Shown here: positions 21,046-30,376 of the stretch, piece after piece
How the letters are laid out: each line of letters starts with the position of its first letter
Position numbering within the stretch: position 1 is the first letter of the stretch
NCBI GenBank assembly: GCA_025362675.1
Contig: JANYFN010000224.1
Span: 1 to 58,221 of the forward strand
DNA: 58,221 bases
Source: Limisphaerales bacterium
Lineage (GTDB): Bacteria; Verrucomicrobiota; Verrucomicrobiia; Limisphaerales; UBA11358
Direction of reading: 5' to 3'
Notes under the pieces: generated by a model
Database searches by the model: none
What the model was told of the DNA's origin: nothing
Seen by the model: only the letters and a program-made list of their open reading frames with translations
Position numbers and translations under genes: made by a program

Positions 21046-24000
21046 CTATGGTGGTGCCGCGCTGTAGGTGTTCGCGCCGTCCATTCTGAAATTGCCAGAA
21101 CCTAACGCATTTATGCTGCCCGTCCCGGAAATAATCCCGGTCAAAGTCTGGACGGCAGAACTGTTGAAGGTCAAAGTCGCGTTGTTCGTGATATTCCCCG
21201 CATAGGAACCGCTGCCCAAGCTACCAGCCCCGCCAATGGCAAGCGTGCCGGCACTGATGGTGGTGGCACCGCTGAAGGTATTCACGCCCGACATGGTGAG
21301 TGTGCCGGAACTGAGCTTGGTCAACGCGCCCGAACCGGTGGAACCCACTGACAGAGCCGACGCAAACGTGACGTTGTTGGTGCCCGGATCAATCGTCGCC
21401 GTGACACCGTCACTGATTTTCAGGCGGCTGGAAAGATCCTGTGAATTGTTAGTGTCCCACCCCAAGGTCGCATTGTTGCTGAACACAATCGTGCCGCTGG
21501 ACCCCAGCGCACCGTTCACAAAACCTAGGGTGCCGCCGTAGAGGGCTGTCCCACCGGTGTAACCGCCGTATTGACCGGCGGTCGTCGTGCCAGCGTCGCT
21601 ATTGTGGGGATTAGTGACATCCCAGACGCCAGCGCCGCTCTTAATCAAAGACGTTTTACTGGAGCCGTTGTTAAAGTCGGGAATGTTCAAAGCGAAAGTA
21701 TTAATGCCCGTGTTACTCCCCGTAAGCTGCACGCTGCGGACACCGGCAGCGTCCCAAAAATTGATGGGAGCACCGCTCTGGGAAAAGGTAATGGTGTCGG
21801 CCGCCGTAGCCCCCGAGGCATCAATGGTGCATGCGATGCCAGCATAGCCGCCTAGCACGCGTATATTGTGGTCGGTGGTTTGCGCGCCGAGTCCGGTATT
21901 GGTGTATTGAAGGGTGCCGCCAGTAAAATGCAGACCGACGGTGGAGGACGTGTCCTGCGCGGCGGTCCGGCCACCCAAGGGACTGCCATTAGCAGCTTCA
22001 CTGGCATAAGTAGCCAGATTGGAAACATTGACGATACCATTATTAAAAATGAGCTCGCCGGTAAAATTATTCGTGCCGAACAAGTTCAGTGTGCCAGTGC
22101 CCAACTTGGTAATGTTACCAGTGCCGCCTAACGAGCCGCTATAGGTGGTGCTGGTGTTGTTGGTGCCGATGGACACTGCGCTGCCGCCCACACTGAGATT
22201 GCGTGAACCCATCAGACCGCCGATGGTGACGGGGTTCGCAAAGGTGAACGAGCCGGAATCCGCCGCGTTCATGTCCACAGTCATGTAATTCACTGAACTT
22301 GCTGTATTAAATTGCACCTGGGCCGTGCTGCCACCTGAGCGAATTGTGCCCGAAAACGGATTGTTAGCGTTACCTAGATAAAGATTCGCAGTGGTATCTA
22401 TAATGGTGCCGTTGGCCCCGCTGATACTGCCGCCGATATTAATTCCGTAGTTACCTCCAGAGCAGGACAGCGTGTTGGTGGTGCTGCCCATATTCAAACT
22501 GCCGCTAATAAATATGGCGGCAGAATAGTTGCCGCCGCTATAACCCGTGCCGCCGTCGACAGTGACATTGTTAGTGGTGGCGGTGGTGACCGTCGTAGTG
22601 ATGGGGCCGTTAAGGTTCCATTGTTTGTTACCGCCGCCACCGATATGCAGTGTGCCACCGTTCAAGGTAACTGCGTTGGTTGTAGTCACAGCGCTAAATC
22701 CGGGTCCAAAGGTATCGAAGATTTGACATCCAGAATTTACGGTGACCGGTCCAGTGCCAAGCGGAGAAGCGCTACCACTAATTTGAGGATAAACAATAGC
22801 GTTATTGGATATGGTCGTGCCACCGCTATAGGTGTTAGCGCCGTTCAAAGTCAAACCACCGCTGCCCTGATAATTCAAGGCACCCGTCCCGGAAATGATC
22901 CCGGACAAGGTCTGGCTGGCGGAACTACCTAGGTTCAAATTACCATTATTAACAATGGCTCCCGCATAGGAACCGCTGCCCAAGCTGCCCGCCCCGCCGA
23001 TCGCCAGCGTGCCGCCGCCGATGGTCGTGCCGCCGGTGAAGGTGTTGGCGTTGGACAGGGTCAGGGTCTGGGTGTTGGCCGGATCCAGAATCAGGGACGT
23101 GCTGCCCGCAATCGCATTGCCGGAGGCGATGAAATAATTGTGGCTGGTGCTCTTCATCAAAACCCCTTGCGGCGAATAACTGGCGGCAAGCGTGATGATG
23201 GGGTTGCCGCTGGCATTACCGTCGCCAAACAGCACGCCACTCGTGCCATCCACGTATTTTGTGACATTAACTCCCGAGTTGGTAGTCCAGTTGGCGGTGG
23301 CCGTATCCCAGTTGCCACTGGCAGTGTTCCAAGTCAACTGGGAGGTGTTGCCCGTGACATTCAGATAAAGTGTGCTACCAGTGACGCTCAGATTGCCGAT
23401 AACGCCGGTAGGCAAAACCAGCGTGGTGAACCCAGTAGCGTTCGCCGGGCCGGCGCTGGTCCAGGTGATCAGCGGATAGCTTTGCCCGACATTAAATACA
23501 CTCGAAGACCCGTCAATCCTCATGGTCAAAGAAGTGCCGAGCGAGAGATTGGCCACGCTCATGGGCGCGACAGTCGTGCTGGGCGAGAAGCTGCCGTAGG
23601 AGTTGTTATATACGACATGGAAAGCGCTACTATTCTGATTCGTCACACTGCCCGTGTTGACCCACTGGCCGCCGTTGCTGGTGACAATGATGCCGTTGGT
23701 AGCACCCGATGACGCCGTGATGTTCACGGCCGAGCCGCTTGCACTACTGGTTAAGAAGTCCAACTCGCCCACGCTGTTGGTGGTCTGGCCGGAGTAGGTG
23801 TTTGCACCCGTGAGAATCAGCGTGCCCACGCCGGTCTTGGTCAGGGGTCCGCTGCTGGAGATAACGCCACCCAAGGTCAAAGTCTTTCCGCTACCCACGC
23901 CGATAGTGGCGGCGGAGCTGACAATCACGGCGTTGGCCAAAGTGTCGCTGACGTTGTTTGACAACGTGCCGCCGCTCATCGTCACCGCTCCAGTGCCCAA

Positions 24001-25362
24001 GGCAGTGTTGCTGTCCGCTTCCAGCACGCCGTTGCTAATCGTCGTGCCACCGGTGTAAGTGCTGCTGCCCGAAAGAATCTGTGTCCCGGTGCCGTTCTTC
24101 AGGAAAGCCAGCAAGGCCGGAGAGCCGGCGTCTTTGAGGACGCCAGAGAACGCGCCGCTGCCGTTGGCGTTGCCAACACTTAAAGTCCGGTAAGTAAGAT
24201 AGCCCATCGAGATGGTGCCGCCGCCATTCAGCGCGTCGAACTGCGCCACAGTTCCGGCCGTGCTGCCGCCGGTTTCGACGAAGTTGATGGTCGAGCCGCT
24301 ATCCACCGTGAGCGAACCGAGGTTGTTATTCCAAATGCCGTGGTAGCCGGAGCTGGCAGTGATGGTGGTGTTGCTGCTCACCTGCAACAAACCGCCCGCG
24401 CTAAGTTGCACGACATTATTGCCGGCGGCGCTGAAGACGATGACGCCACTGCTACCGCCGTCAAACTTCAGTGTGCCATTGTTGGTAAAGATGGTGGCGG
24501 CGGAAAGAGGGTTTACGGTCAGAGCAGTCAGTTCCACCGTCGCCCCACTGGCAATGTTATAGGTGGTGGGAGCCGAAACCCCGTTACTGATCACCAACCT
24601 ACCGGCACTGATCGTTGTGGCACCGGAATATGTGTTCGCGGCCGTTAGGATCGTCGTCCCGGTGCCCAACTGCGATAGGGCCATTTTACCGCTGGAACTG
24701 AAATCGGAAATGACGCCGTTGAAGGTCACAGTATTGCTGCCGCTGACGTTGAGGGCGCGGACGGCGACCACTGTGTCGGCAGCCGTGATAATGCCGTTAA
24801 AGACAAGCGGTCCCTGTGCCGTGGAGCTGTTGAGATTAACGTTGAGGATGCCGTTCACACCGTGAGTATTGCCATTGGTTATGCCGAAATTGATGGTCTG
24901 CGTATTGACCGTGCCTTCGTTCTGGATGTTCGGATCCACAGAACTGAAGTCGACAAACTTGATTGGGTTACCATAAAGATTGAACGGTCCGGACGCAGAT
25001 CCGGCCTTGAAATAAATCTGAAACCCAGCACTGCCGGCGGCGAAGTTGTTCGTGTTGTTGACGCGAGTGGTGTTTGTGAAATTCAAATAGCCTTGCGGAA
25101 GCGCTGAACTTGGGCTGCCGACATTGGTTACCCAATTTCCACTGGAGGCCCAGTTACCATCCGCCCCACCACCCGTCCAAGTGTAGGTAGATTGGGCCAT
25201 CGCCGGCTGCCCCACGAAAAGCCTTGTGCCCAAGAGCGCCAGAATTGTCAACCAGAGGTTGGTGATTTGTAGGATTTTCCGGGTGGAAGTGGATCTCGTA
25301 AACATATTTTTGAGAGCGCTAAAAGTGTGAAAGAAAATCAAGCTAGTTGAAAACAATTGCAT
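21046..25362 (-). CDS. N-terminal part of frameshifted giant autotransporter-repeat protein
   Basis: Signal peptide (alternative ATG 25305) and many beta-strand repeats. Ends abruptly mid-repeat: GANTYS-AAPP-stop. Confidence 0.8.
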   Translation of the reverse strand: MQLFSTSLIFFHTFSALKNMFTRSTSTRKILQITNLWLTILALLGTRLFVGQPAMAQSTYTWTGGGADGNWASSGNWVTNVGSPSSALPQGYLNFTNTTRVNNTNNFAAGSAGFQIYFKAGSASGPFNLYGNPIKFVDFSSVDPNIQNEGTVNTQTINFGITNGNTHGVNGILNVNLNSSTAQGPLVFNGIITAADTVVAVRALNVSGSNTVTFNGVISDFSSSGKMALSQLGTGTTILTAANTYSGATTISAGRLVISNGVSAPTTYNIASGATVELTALTVNPLSAATIFTNNGTLKFDGGSSGVIVFSAAGNNVVQLSAGGLLQVSSNTTITASSGYHGIWNNNLGSLTVDSGSTINFVETGGSTAGTVAQFDALNGGGTISMGYLTYRTLSVGNANGSGAFSGVLKDAGSPALLAFLKNGTGTQILSGSSTYTGGTTISNGVLEADSNTALGTGAVTMSGGTLSNNVSDTLANAVIVSSAATIGVGSGKTLTLGGVISSSGPLTKTGVGTLILTGANTYSGQTTNSVGELDFLTSSASGSAVNITASSGATNGIIVTSNGGQWVNTGSVTNQNSSAFHVVYNNSYGSFSPSTTVAPMSVANLSLGTSLTMRIDGSSSVFNVGQSYPLITWTSAGPANATGFTTLVLPTGVIGNLSVTGSTLYLNVTGNTSQLTWNTASGNWDTATANWTTNSGVNVTKYVDGTSGVLFGDGNASGNPIITLAASYSPQGVLMKSTSHNYFIASGNAIAGSTSLILDPANTQTLTLSNANTFTGGTTIGGGTLAIGGAGSLGSGSYAGAIVNNGNLNLGSSASQTLSGIISGTGALNYQGSGGLTLNGANTYSGGTTISNNAIVYPQISGSASPLGTGPVTVNSGCQIFDTFGPGFSAVTTTNAVTLNGGTLHIGGGGNKQWNLNGPITTTVTTATTNNVTVDGGTGYSGGNYSAAIFISGSLNMGSTTNTLSCSGGNYGINIGGSISGANGTIIDTTANLYLGNANNPFSGTIRSGGSTAQVQFNTASSVNYMTVDMNAADSGSFTFANPVTIGGLMGSRNLSVGGSAVSIGTNNTSTTYSGSLGGTGNITKLGTGTLNLFGTNNFTGELIFNNGIVNVSNLATYASEAANGSPLGGRTAAQDTSSTVGLHFTGGTLQYTNTGLGAQTTDHNIRVLGGYAGIACTIDASGATAADTITFSQSGAPINFWDAAGVRSVQLTGSNTGINTFALNIPDFNNGSSKTSLIKSGAGVWDVTNPHNSDAGTTTAGQYGGYTGGTALYGGTLGFVNGALGSSGTIVFSNNATLGWDTNNSQDLSSRLKISDGVTATIDPGTNNVTFASALSVGSTGSGALTKLSSGTLTMSGVNTFSGATTISAGTLAIGGAGSLGSGSYAGNITNNATLTFNSSAVQTLTGIISGTGSINALGSGNFRMDGANTYSAAPP

Positions 25363-25476
25363 TTCTCACTAGTTGAGAATCTGTAATTTTTTAGCGGCAC
25401 ATATTTTTATAGAGTTTCTATAACTTTCTTCTGCGGGATACAGTGGAAATATACGACAAGGAACCAACCCTGAAAA

Positions 25477-25492
25477 TCACGAGAACTCGGGA
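25477..25492. promoter_or_regulatory. 7-2-7 operator, site C (TCACGAGAACTCGGGA)
   Basis: Minus strand: site-TTTTCA-N17-TATATT (25448-25453) towards the giant gene. Confidence 0.75.
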
Positions 25493-25663
25493 TGCACCAA
25501 CGTTATTACAGCCTGACTCACTAACCCGAGCGGAATTAGAATCTAGTGTGAAGCAGGAAGCGACCTCACCGTTAGTAACTTTAATTGATTAGAGAACGAA
25601 AACGTAATCAGGTCTAAAACTAAAAAATCGAACACACTCGCCAAAAGCCTCGCAGTTCAGGCA

Positions 25664-25679
25664 TCACGAGTTCTCGGGG
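25664..25679. promoter_or_regulatory. 7-2-7 operator, site D (TCACGAGTTCTCGGGG)
   Basis: Plus strand: site-TGGCAC-N16-TAACAT (25702-25707) towards the sulfatase operon. Confidence 0.7.
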
Positions 25680-25884
25680 TGGCACGACTGCCCAAACTCG
25701 ATAACATTATTTGCATGAACAAACCCCAGACAAGCTACGTTTCGGCTCGTTATCCAACGGAAATTTTTAAAGGAGATTTCGACGCCGTTAAACGACAGCT
25801 AGAATTCTCTGCGGTTGTATCCGCAAAAGATTTGTGTTAGCCCATTTGGAATGAAGCCATACATTTCTACTCTTTTTAACAACT

Positions 25885-27303
25885 ATGAAGCCCGCTGAAT
25901 ACCTCGCCGGGGTGGCGATTATGCTTGCCTCAGGCTTCAACTCTATTGGCGCTCAAACCTCACCACCCAACCTCATCGTCATTCTTACGGATGATCAGGG
26001 TTACCACGATGTCGGGTTCAATGGTTGCAAGGACATCCCGACGCCGAACCTTGACTCTATCGCCAGTAATGGAGTGCGTTTCACCAGCGGATACGTTGCG
26101 GCTCCTTTAAGTTCACCTGGTCGTGCTGGCTTGCTGACGGGACGTTATCCCGAGCGTTTCGGATACGAACATGATACGCCATGGCAGCCCAATAATCCGG
26201 AGGCCGGCCTACCACTCACGGAATCTACATTGGCGGATACTTTGAGCCAAGCCGGTTATCAAGCGGGCATGGTCGGGAAATGGCATCTGGGCAGTTACCC
26301 GGCTTTCCATCCGCTCAAGCGCGGATTTCAAGAATTCTTTGGCTTTCTAGGTGCTGGGCACCGCTATTTTCCAGAGGAGTTAACCATTGAGGAAACTCGA
26401 AAAGCGAAAATAGAATATGATAGTTGGCTGCTCTGGATCATGAGCAACTACAAACCGGTCAAGACCACGAACTATCTAACGGATGAATTTTCGAACGCAG
26501 CGGTAAGTTTTATCTCACGTCATAAAGATAAACCCTTTTTCCTGTTAGTGGCCTACAACGCCCCTCACGATCCACTGGAAGCCTCCGAAAAATATTTAAG
26601 CCGATTCCCCCAAATCCTAGGTTCCCATCGCCGGGCCTATGCCGCGATGATGAGTGCGGTGGATGACGGCGTCGGGAGCATGCTGGCGGAACTCCGCAAG
26701 GATGGTTTGGCGGAAGGCACTATGGTAGTTTATCTCTCCGCTGGCGGCGGGGATCTAAGTGCCAATTCGTCGGACAATTATCCTTTGCGCGGCTCCAAAA
26801 ATTATCCTTGGGAAGGTGGTTGGCGGGTCCCGTTTGCGATGCAGTGGCCAAAGCAATTACCCAAAGGATTGGTTTATGAGCAACCCGTTTTGTCACTCGA
26901 TATTTTTGCGACGATCACAGCGCTGGCTGGTGCAAGCACTAACCCGGAACTTCCGCTCGATGGCGTCAACCTAATCCCGTATCTGACCGGTCAGAAAACG
27001 GCGGCACCCCATGACGCAATTTATTTGCAGATGCCCGGCATCGGTGCTTATGCAGTTCGGAGTGGTGCTTACAAATTAGTTGTTGCCGCGACTGGCCAAG
27101 CCGCCAAACTATACGATCTATCTAAGGATATTGCTGAATTTAAAGATCTCGCCGACATACAGCCCGAGGTAGTGAAGGCACTTGAAGCGAAACATGCTGC
27201 CTGGAGTCAGCAAATGACATTCACGGATTCTCCCGGAGCTACGGAAACTAACGAGACGCACCCGATAGATACAGACGCCAGAAATTTACCGCCTCAACCT
27301 TAG
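25885..27303 (+). CDS. Sulfatase-family (S1) protein with degenerate active site
   Basis: PNLIVILTDDQG, GKWHLG, YNAPH and RVPF are present. The FGly motif reads SSPGR, and the SDNG motif reads SAGG. Confidence 0.85.
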   Translation: MKPAEYLAGVAIMLASGFNSIGAQTSPPNLIVILTDDQGYHDVGFNGCKDIPTPNLDSIASNGVRFTSGYVAAPLSSPGRAGLLTGRYPERFGYEHDTPWQPNNPEAGLPLTESTLADTLSQAGYQAGMVGKWHLGSYPAFHPLKRGFQEFFGFLGAGHRYFPEELTIEETRKAKIEYDSWLLWIMSNYKPVKTTNYLTDEFSNAAVSFISRHKDKPFFLLVAYNAPHDPLEASEKYLSRFPQILGSHRRAYAAMMSAVDDGVGSMLAELRKDGLAEGTMVVYLSAGGGDLSANSSDNYPLRGSKNYPWEGGWRVPFAMQWPKQLPKGLVYEQPVLSLDIFATITALAGASTNPELPLDGVNLIPYLTGQKTAAPHDAIYLQMPGIGAYAVRSGAYKLVVAATGQAAKLYDLSKDIAEFKDLADIQPEVVKALEAKHAAWSQQMTFTDSPGATETNETHPIDTDARNLPPQP

Positions 27304-27310
27304 ATAACTA

Positions 27311-28867
27311 ATGAGATACAAAGGAACTTCGATTACCGCCGTCTGCTTGGGAGTGATTCTTGCTCTCGCTCACACGACGTTTGCCGCTACCCCCTCCAAA
27401 CCAAATATCGTGCTTATTCTGGCTGACGATTTGGGCTATGGCGATCTGGGTTGCTACGGGGCAACAAAAATCAAGACGCCTAACATGGATCGGCTCGCGG
27501 CGGAAGGTTTGCGGTTCACCCGAGGATACGCACCGTCTTCGACTTGCACGCCGTCGCGGTTTTCACTGCTGACTGGTGAATACGCATGGCGACAAAAAGA
27601 TCGCAAGAACGGCATCCTTGATGGTGATGCACCGCTATGTCTCGAACCCGGCCGACTGACCCTGCCCGCGATGCTACACAAGGCGGGTTACCAAACCGGC
27701 ATTGTTGGCAAATGGCATCTTGGCCTAGGCGATGGCCAAACACCCGTGGACTTCAATAAAGAAATCAAACCCGGCCCGATCGAAGCGGGCTTTGACTATT
27801 GTTACATCATTCCGGCCACGGTAGATCGCGTGCCAAACGTCTGGATCGAAAACCACAAGGTTGTCGGCCTTGATCCGGCCGATCCAATCACGGTGAGTTA
27901 TGTCACCAACATCAGCGAGGAACCTACCGGCTTGGAGCGACCCGACTTATTGAAACAAAAGGCGGACAAGCAGCACTCCGGCACAATCATCAACGGAATC
28001 AGCCGGATTGGTTTCATGAAAGGCGGCAAGGCGGCGCGTTTCAAAGATGAAGAACTCGCGCCCACGGTTGTGAACCAGTCGGTGAAATTCATCGAGCAAC
28101 ACCAGGACGCACCCTTCTTTCTCGAAGCCGCTTTGTTTGAACCCCATGTCCCGCGCGTCGCCGGCAAGCCTTTTATAGGAACAAGCGATTGCGGTATCCG
28201 TGGTGACGTCATTGAGCAGATAGATTGGGAGACGGGCGAAATTATGAAGGCGCTCAAACGCCTGAACCTAGAGACAAACACGCTCGTCATTCTATCCAGC
28301 GACAACGGTGCCATTTTATTCGACGGCTACTTTGATCATTCCGTTGAAGATTTGAACGGGCATCAACCCACCGGCGGTTTGCGTGGCTGGAAATATCTCG
28401 TTTTCGAGGGCGGCTGCCGCGTGCCTCTGATTGCGCGCTGGCCGGAACAAATTAAACCGCGCGTCACCGACCAGATGTTCAACCTCGTTGATTTGCTCGC
28501 AACGTTTGCCGGCATGACCGGCCAGAAAATTTCCAAAGCGATTGCTCCTGACAGTCTGGATTTGTCGGCTGTGCTTTTAGAAACGACGACCAAACAACTC
28601 CGCGAAAACACCGTGCTGCACGGTATCTCCGACACGCTGGCGCTGCGGTTGGGCGATTGGAAATTCATTCCGGCAAATACCAACGCCAAAGCTGGCGGCA
28701 TGGGCAAAGGCGCGAATGCAACAGATACGCGCTTCGCCGCCAACCATATAACTAAGCCGATGCTGTTTAATCTTGCGAACGATCCGGGCGAGCAGACCAA
28801 CCTATTGTCAAAATATCCCGACAAGGTGGCGGAGTTGCAGCAGCGACTCGCTGAGATCAAAAAATAA
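27311..28867 (+). CDS. Arylsulfatase/sulfatase (S1, Cys-type)
   Basis: PNIVLILADDLG, CTPSR, GKWHLG, SSDNG; signal peptide. Confidence 0.92.
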   Translation: MRYKGTSITAVCLGVILALAHTTFAATPSKPNIVLILADDLGYGDLGCYGATKIKTPNMDRLAAEGLRFTRGYAPSSTCTPSRFSLLTGEYAWRQKDRKNGILDGDAPLCLEPGRLTLPAMLHKAGYQTGIVGKWHLGLGDGQTPVDFNKEIKPGPIEAGFDYCYIIPATVDRVPNVWIENHKVVGLDPADPITVSYVTNISEEPTGLERPDLLKQKADKQHSGTIINGISRIGFMKGGKAARFKDEELAPTVVNQSVKFIEQHQDAPFFLEAALFEPHVPRVAGKPFIGTSDCGIRGDVIEQIDWETGEIMKALKRLNLETNTLVILSSDNGAILFDGYFDHSVEDLNGHQPTGGLRGWKYLVFEGGCRVPLIARWPEQIKPRVTDQMFNLVDLLATFAGMTGQKISKAIAPDSLDLSAVLLETTTKQLRENTVLHGISDTLALRLGDWKFIPANTNAKAGGMGKGANATDTRFAANHITKPMLFNLANDPGEQTNLLSKYPDKVAELQQRLAEIKK

Positions 28868-28875
28868 AATCTTCC

Positions 28876-30345
28876 ATGCACAGCAAACATTCAGCGCTTC
28901 TTAATCAAACGACCGTATTAAAATTTTTGGCGGCGTTATGCGTTTTGTGGCAAACCTCCACGGCACCCTTCGCGCGGGAACTCACCAACGACCTCGGCAT
29001 CGTGCAGCAAAACGACACGACGATGCAGTGGTATATGGATGCGAAGTTTGGGATGTTCCTTCATTGGGGACTCTACGCCGTGCCAGCCAAGGGCGAATGG
29101 TTCATGGAAAATAAACACATTTCACCGGAGGAATACCGGAAGTTCGCCACCAACCAAGGCGACGAAAATTATTTTGACGCCACAGATTTTGACCCGGCGG
29201 CGTGGGCTAAAATCGCGAAAGATTCCGGGATAAAATATATGTGCTTGACCGCGCGGCATCACGATGGCTTCGCGCTCTTCGACAGCCATTACACGAACGC
29301 CTTCACGAGCGTGCAAACGATTCATCGCGATCTTTACGCGGAATATGTCAAAGCCGTCCGCGCAGCGGGACTGCGGGCCGGCCTCTATTACTCCCCGATT
29401 GACTGGCGTTATCCCGGTTACTACGACGTGTGGGGAACTAATTGCGCACCGAACAAATGGAATTATAAAACCGATTCTGCGCACAAGGAAAACGCGCGCG
29501 TCATGAAAGAGGAAGTTTATGAACAGGTGCGTTCGCTGTTCAAAAACTACGGCCCGTTCGATTACGTTTTCTGGGACGGCGGCTGGCTGGCGCAAAAGGG
29601 AACGGATCGCGACGCGCAGTTTTTTTGGGAACCGGGTTTATATCGTGACCCAAAAAATCCTTGGCCGGTGTCCGATGCTTACAGCGACTTTGATGAATCC
29701 GGCAAGCCACTCGGCATCATGGGCATCGCCCGCAAATATTCTCCCAATGTCATTGTCAACCGCCGCGCTGGCTGGATTGGAGATATCGCTGACGAAGAAG
29801 GATCAAAACCAGTGACCGGCCCGGTTAGGCCTTTTTACTGGGAGAAATGTCTCAACTTGAACAAATCATCTTGGGGCTTCAACGACCATCAGAACCTCAT
29901 GTCCTACGATGAAATCATCGGCTTCCTCGTGAACGTCGTGGTGCGCAATGGCAACCTGCTTTTGAATTTTGGCCCTGACCGGCATGGTGTGATTCCCGCA
30001 ACTCATGCGGCGTTGACCAAGCGCGTCGGCGACTGGCTCGCCGTGGTGGGCGACAGTATTTACGGCACGCGCGGCGGCCCGTGGAATCCGGTGGATGGTC
30101 AATATGGATTCACTTACAAACCGGAAAAATATTTTATCCACCTGCTGCCCGGCTACGATGGCACGGAATTCACCGCGCCAGTCATTTCCGAAAAAGTCAC
30201 TGGCTGCCGCGATTTATTCACGGGCAAAAAATTAAAATACACCGTTGCGAAAGATGGCTCGCTGCACATCACTGGGCTGAACCGCACCGCGCGTCCGGCG
30301 GACACGGTGATCATGATTCAAGTGAAAGCGGCGAATAAAAAATGA
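28876..30345 (+). CDS. Alpha-L-fucosidase, GH29
   Basis: WYMDAKFGMFLHWG, TARHHDGF, FWDG, GNLLLNFGP. Confidence 0.9.
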   Translation: MHSKHSALLNQTTVLKFLAALCVLWQTSTAPFARELTNDLGIVQQNDTTMQWYMDAKFGMFLHWGLYAVPAKGEWFMENKHISPEEYRKFATNQGDENYFDATDFDPAAWAKIAKDSGIKYMCLTARHHDGFALFDSHYTNAFTSVQTIHRDLYAEYVKAVRAAGLRAGLYYSPIDWRYPGYYDVWGTNCAPNKWNYKTDSAHKENARVMKEEVYEQVRSLFKNYGPFDYVFWDGGWLAQKGTDRDAQFFWEPGLYRDPKNPWPVSDAYSDFDESGKPLGIMGIARKYSPNVIVNRRAGWIGDIADEEGSKPVTGPVRPFYWEKCLNLNKSSWGFNDHQNLMSYDEIIGFLVNVVVRNGNLLLNFGPDRHGVIPATHAALTKRVGDWLAVVGDSIYGTRGGPWNPVDGQYGFTYKPEKYFIHLLPGYDGTEFTAPVISEKVTGCRDLFTGKKLKYTVAKDGSLHITGLNRTARPADTVIMIQVKAANKK

Positions 30346-30376
30346 GCGCGATTACAATGCGCTCCATGTAATCGGG

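Larger units (their letters stand above)
17474..25362 (-). pseudogene. Single ~2630-codon gene interrupted by a 1-bp deletion near 21060 (real lesion or sequencing error)
   Basis: Minus strand reads AGC GC GGC ACC ACC ATA. Adding one G restores ANTYSGGTTIGNCTVNVWKNPANNTLFGTGPVT and joins both ORFs. Confidence 0.8.

Noticed and set aside
10622-25362. Classical type V autotransporters
   Set aside because: No C-terminal beta-barrel and no TpsB partner in the window.
30344-30374. Interleaved inverted repeats GAGCGC/GCGCTC and GATTACA/TGTAATC after the GH29 stop (pseudoknot or recoding signal)
   Set aside because: Loops are too short for both stems to form; the next gene is not in the 0 or -1 frame and has its own signal peptide.
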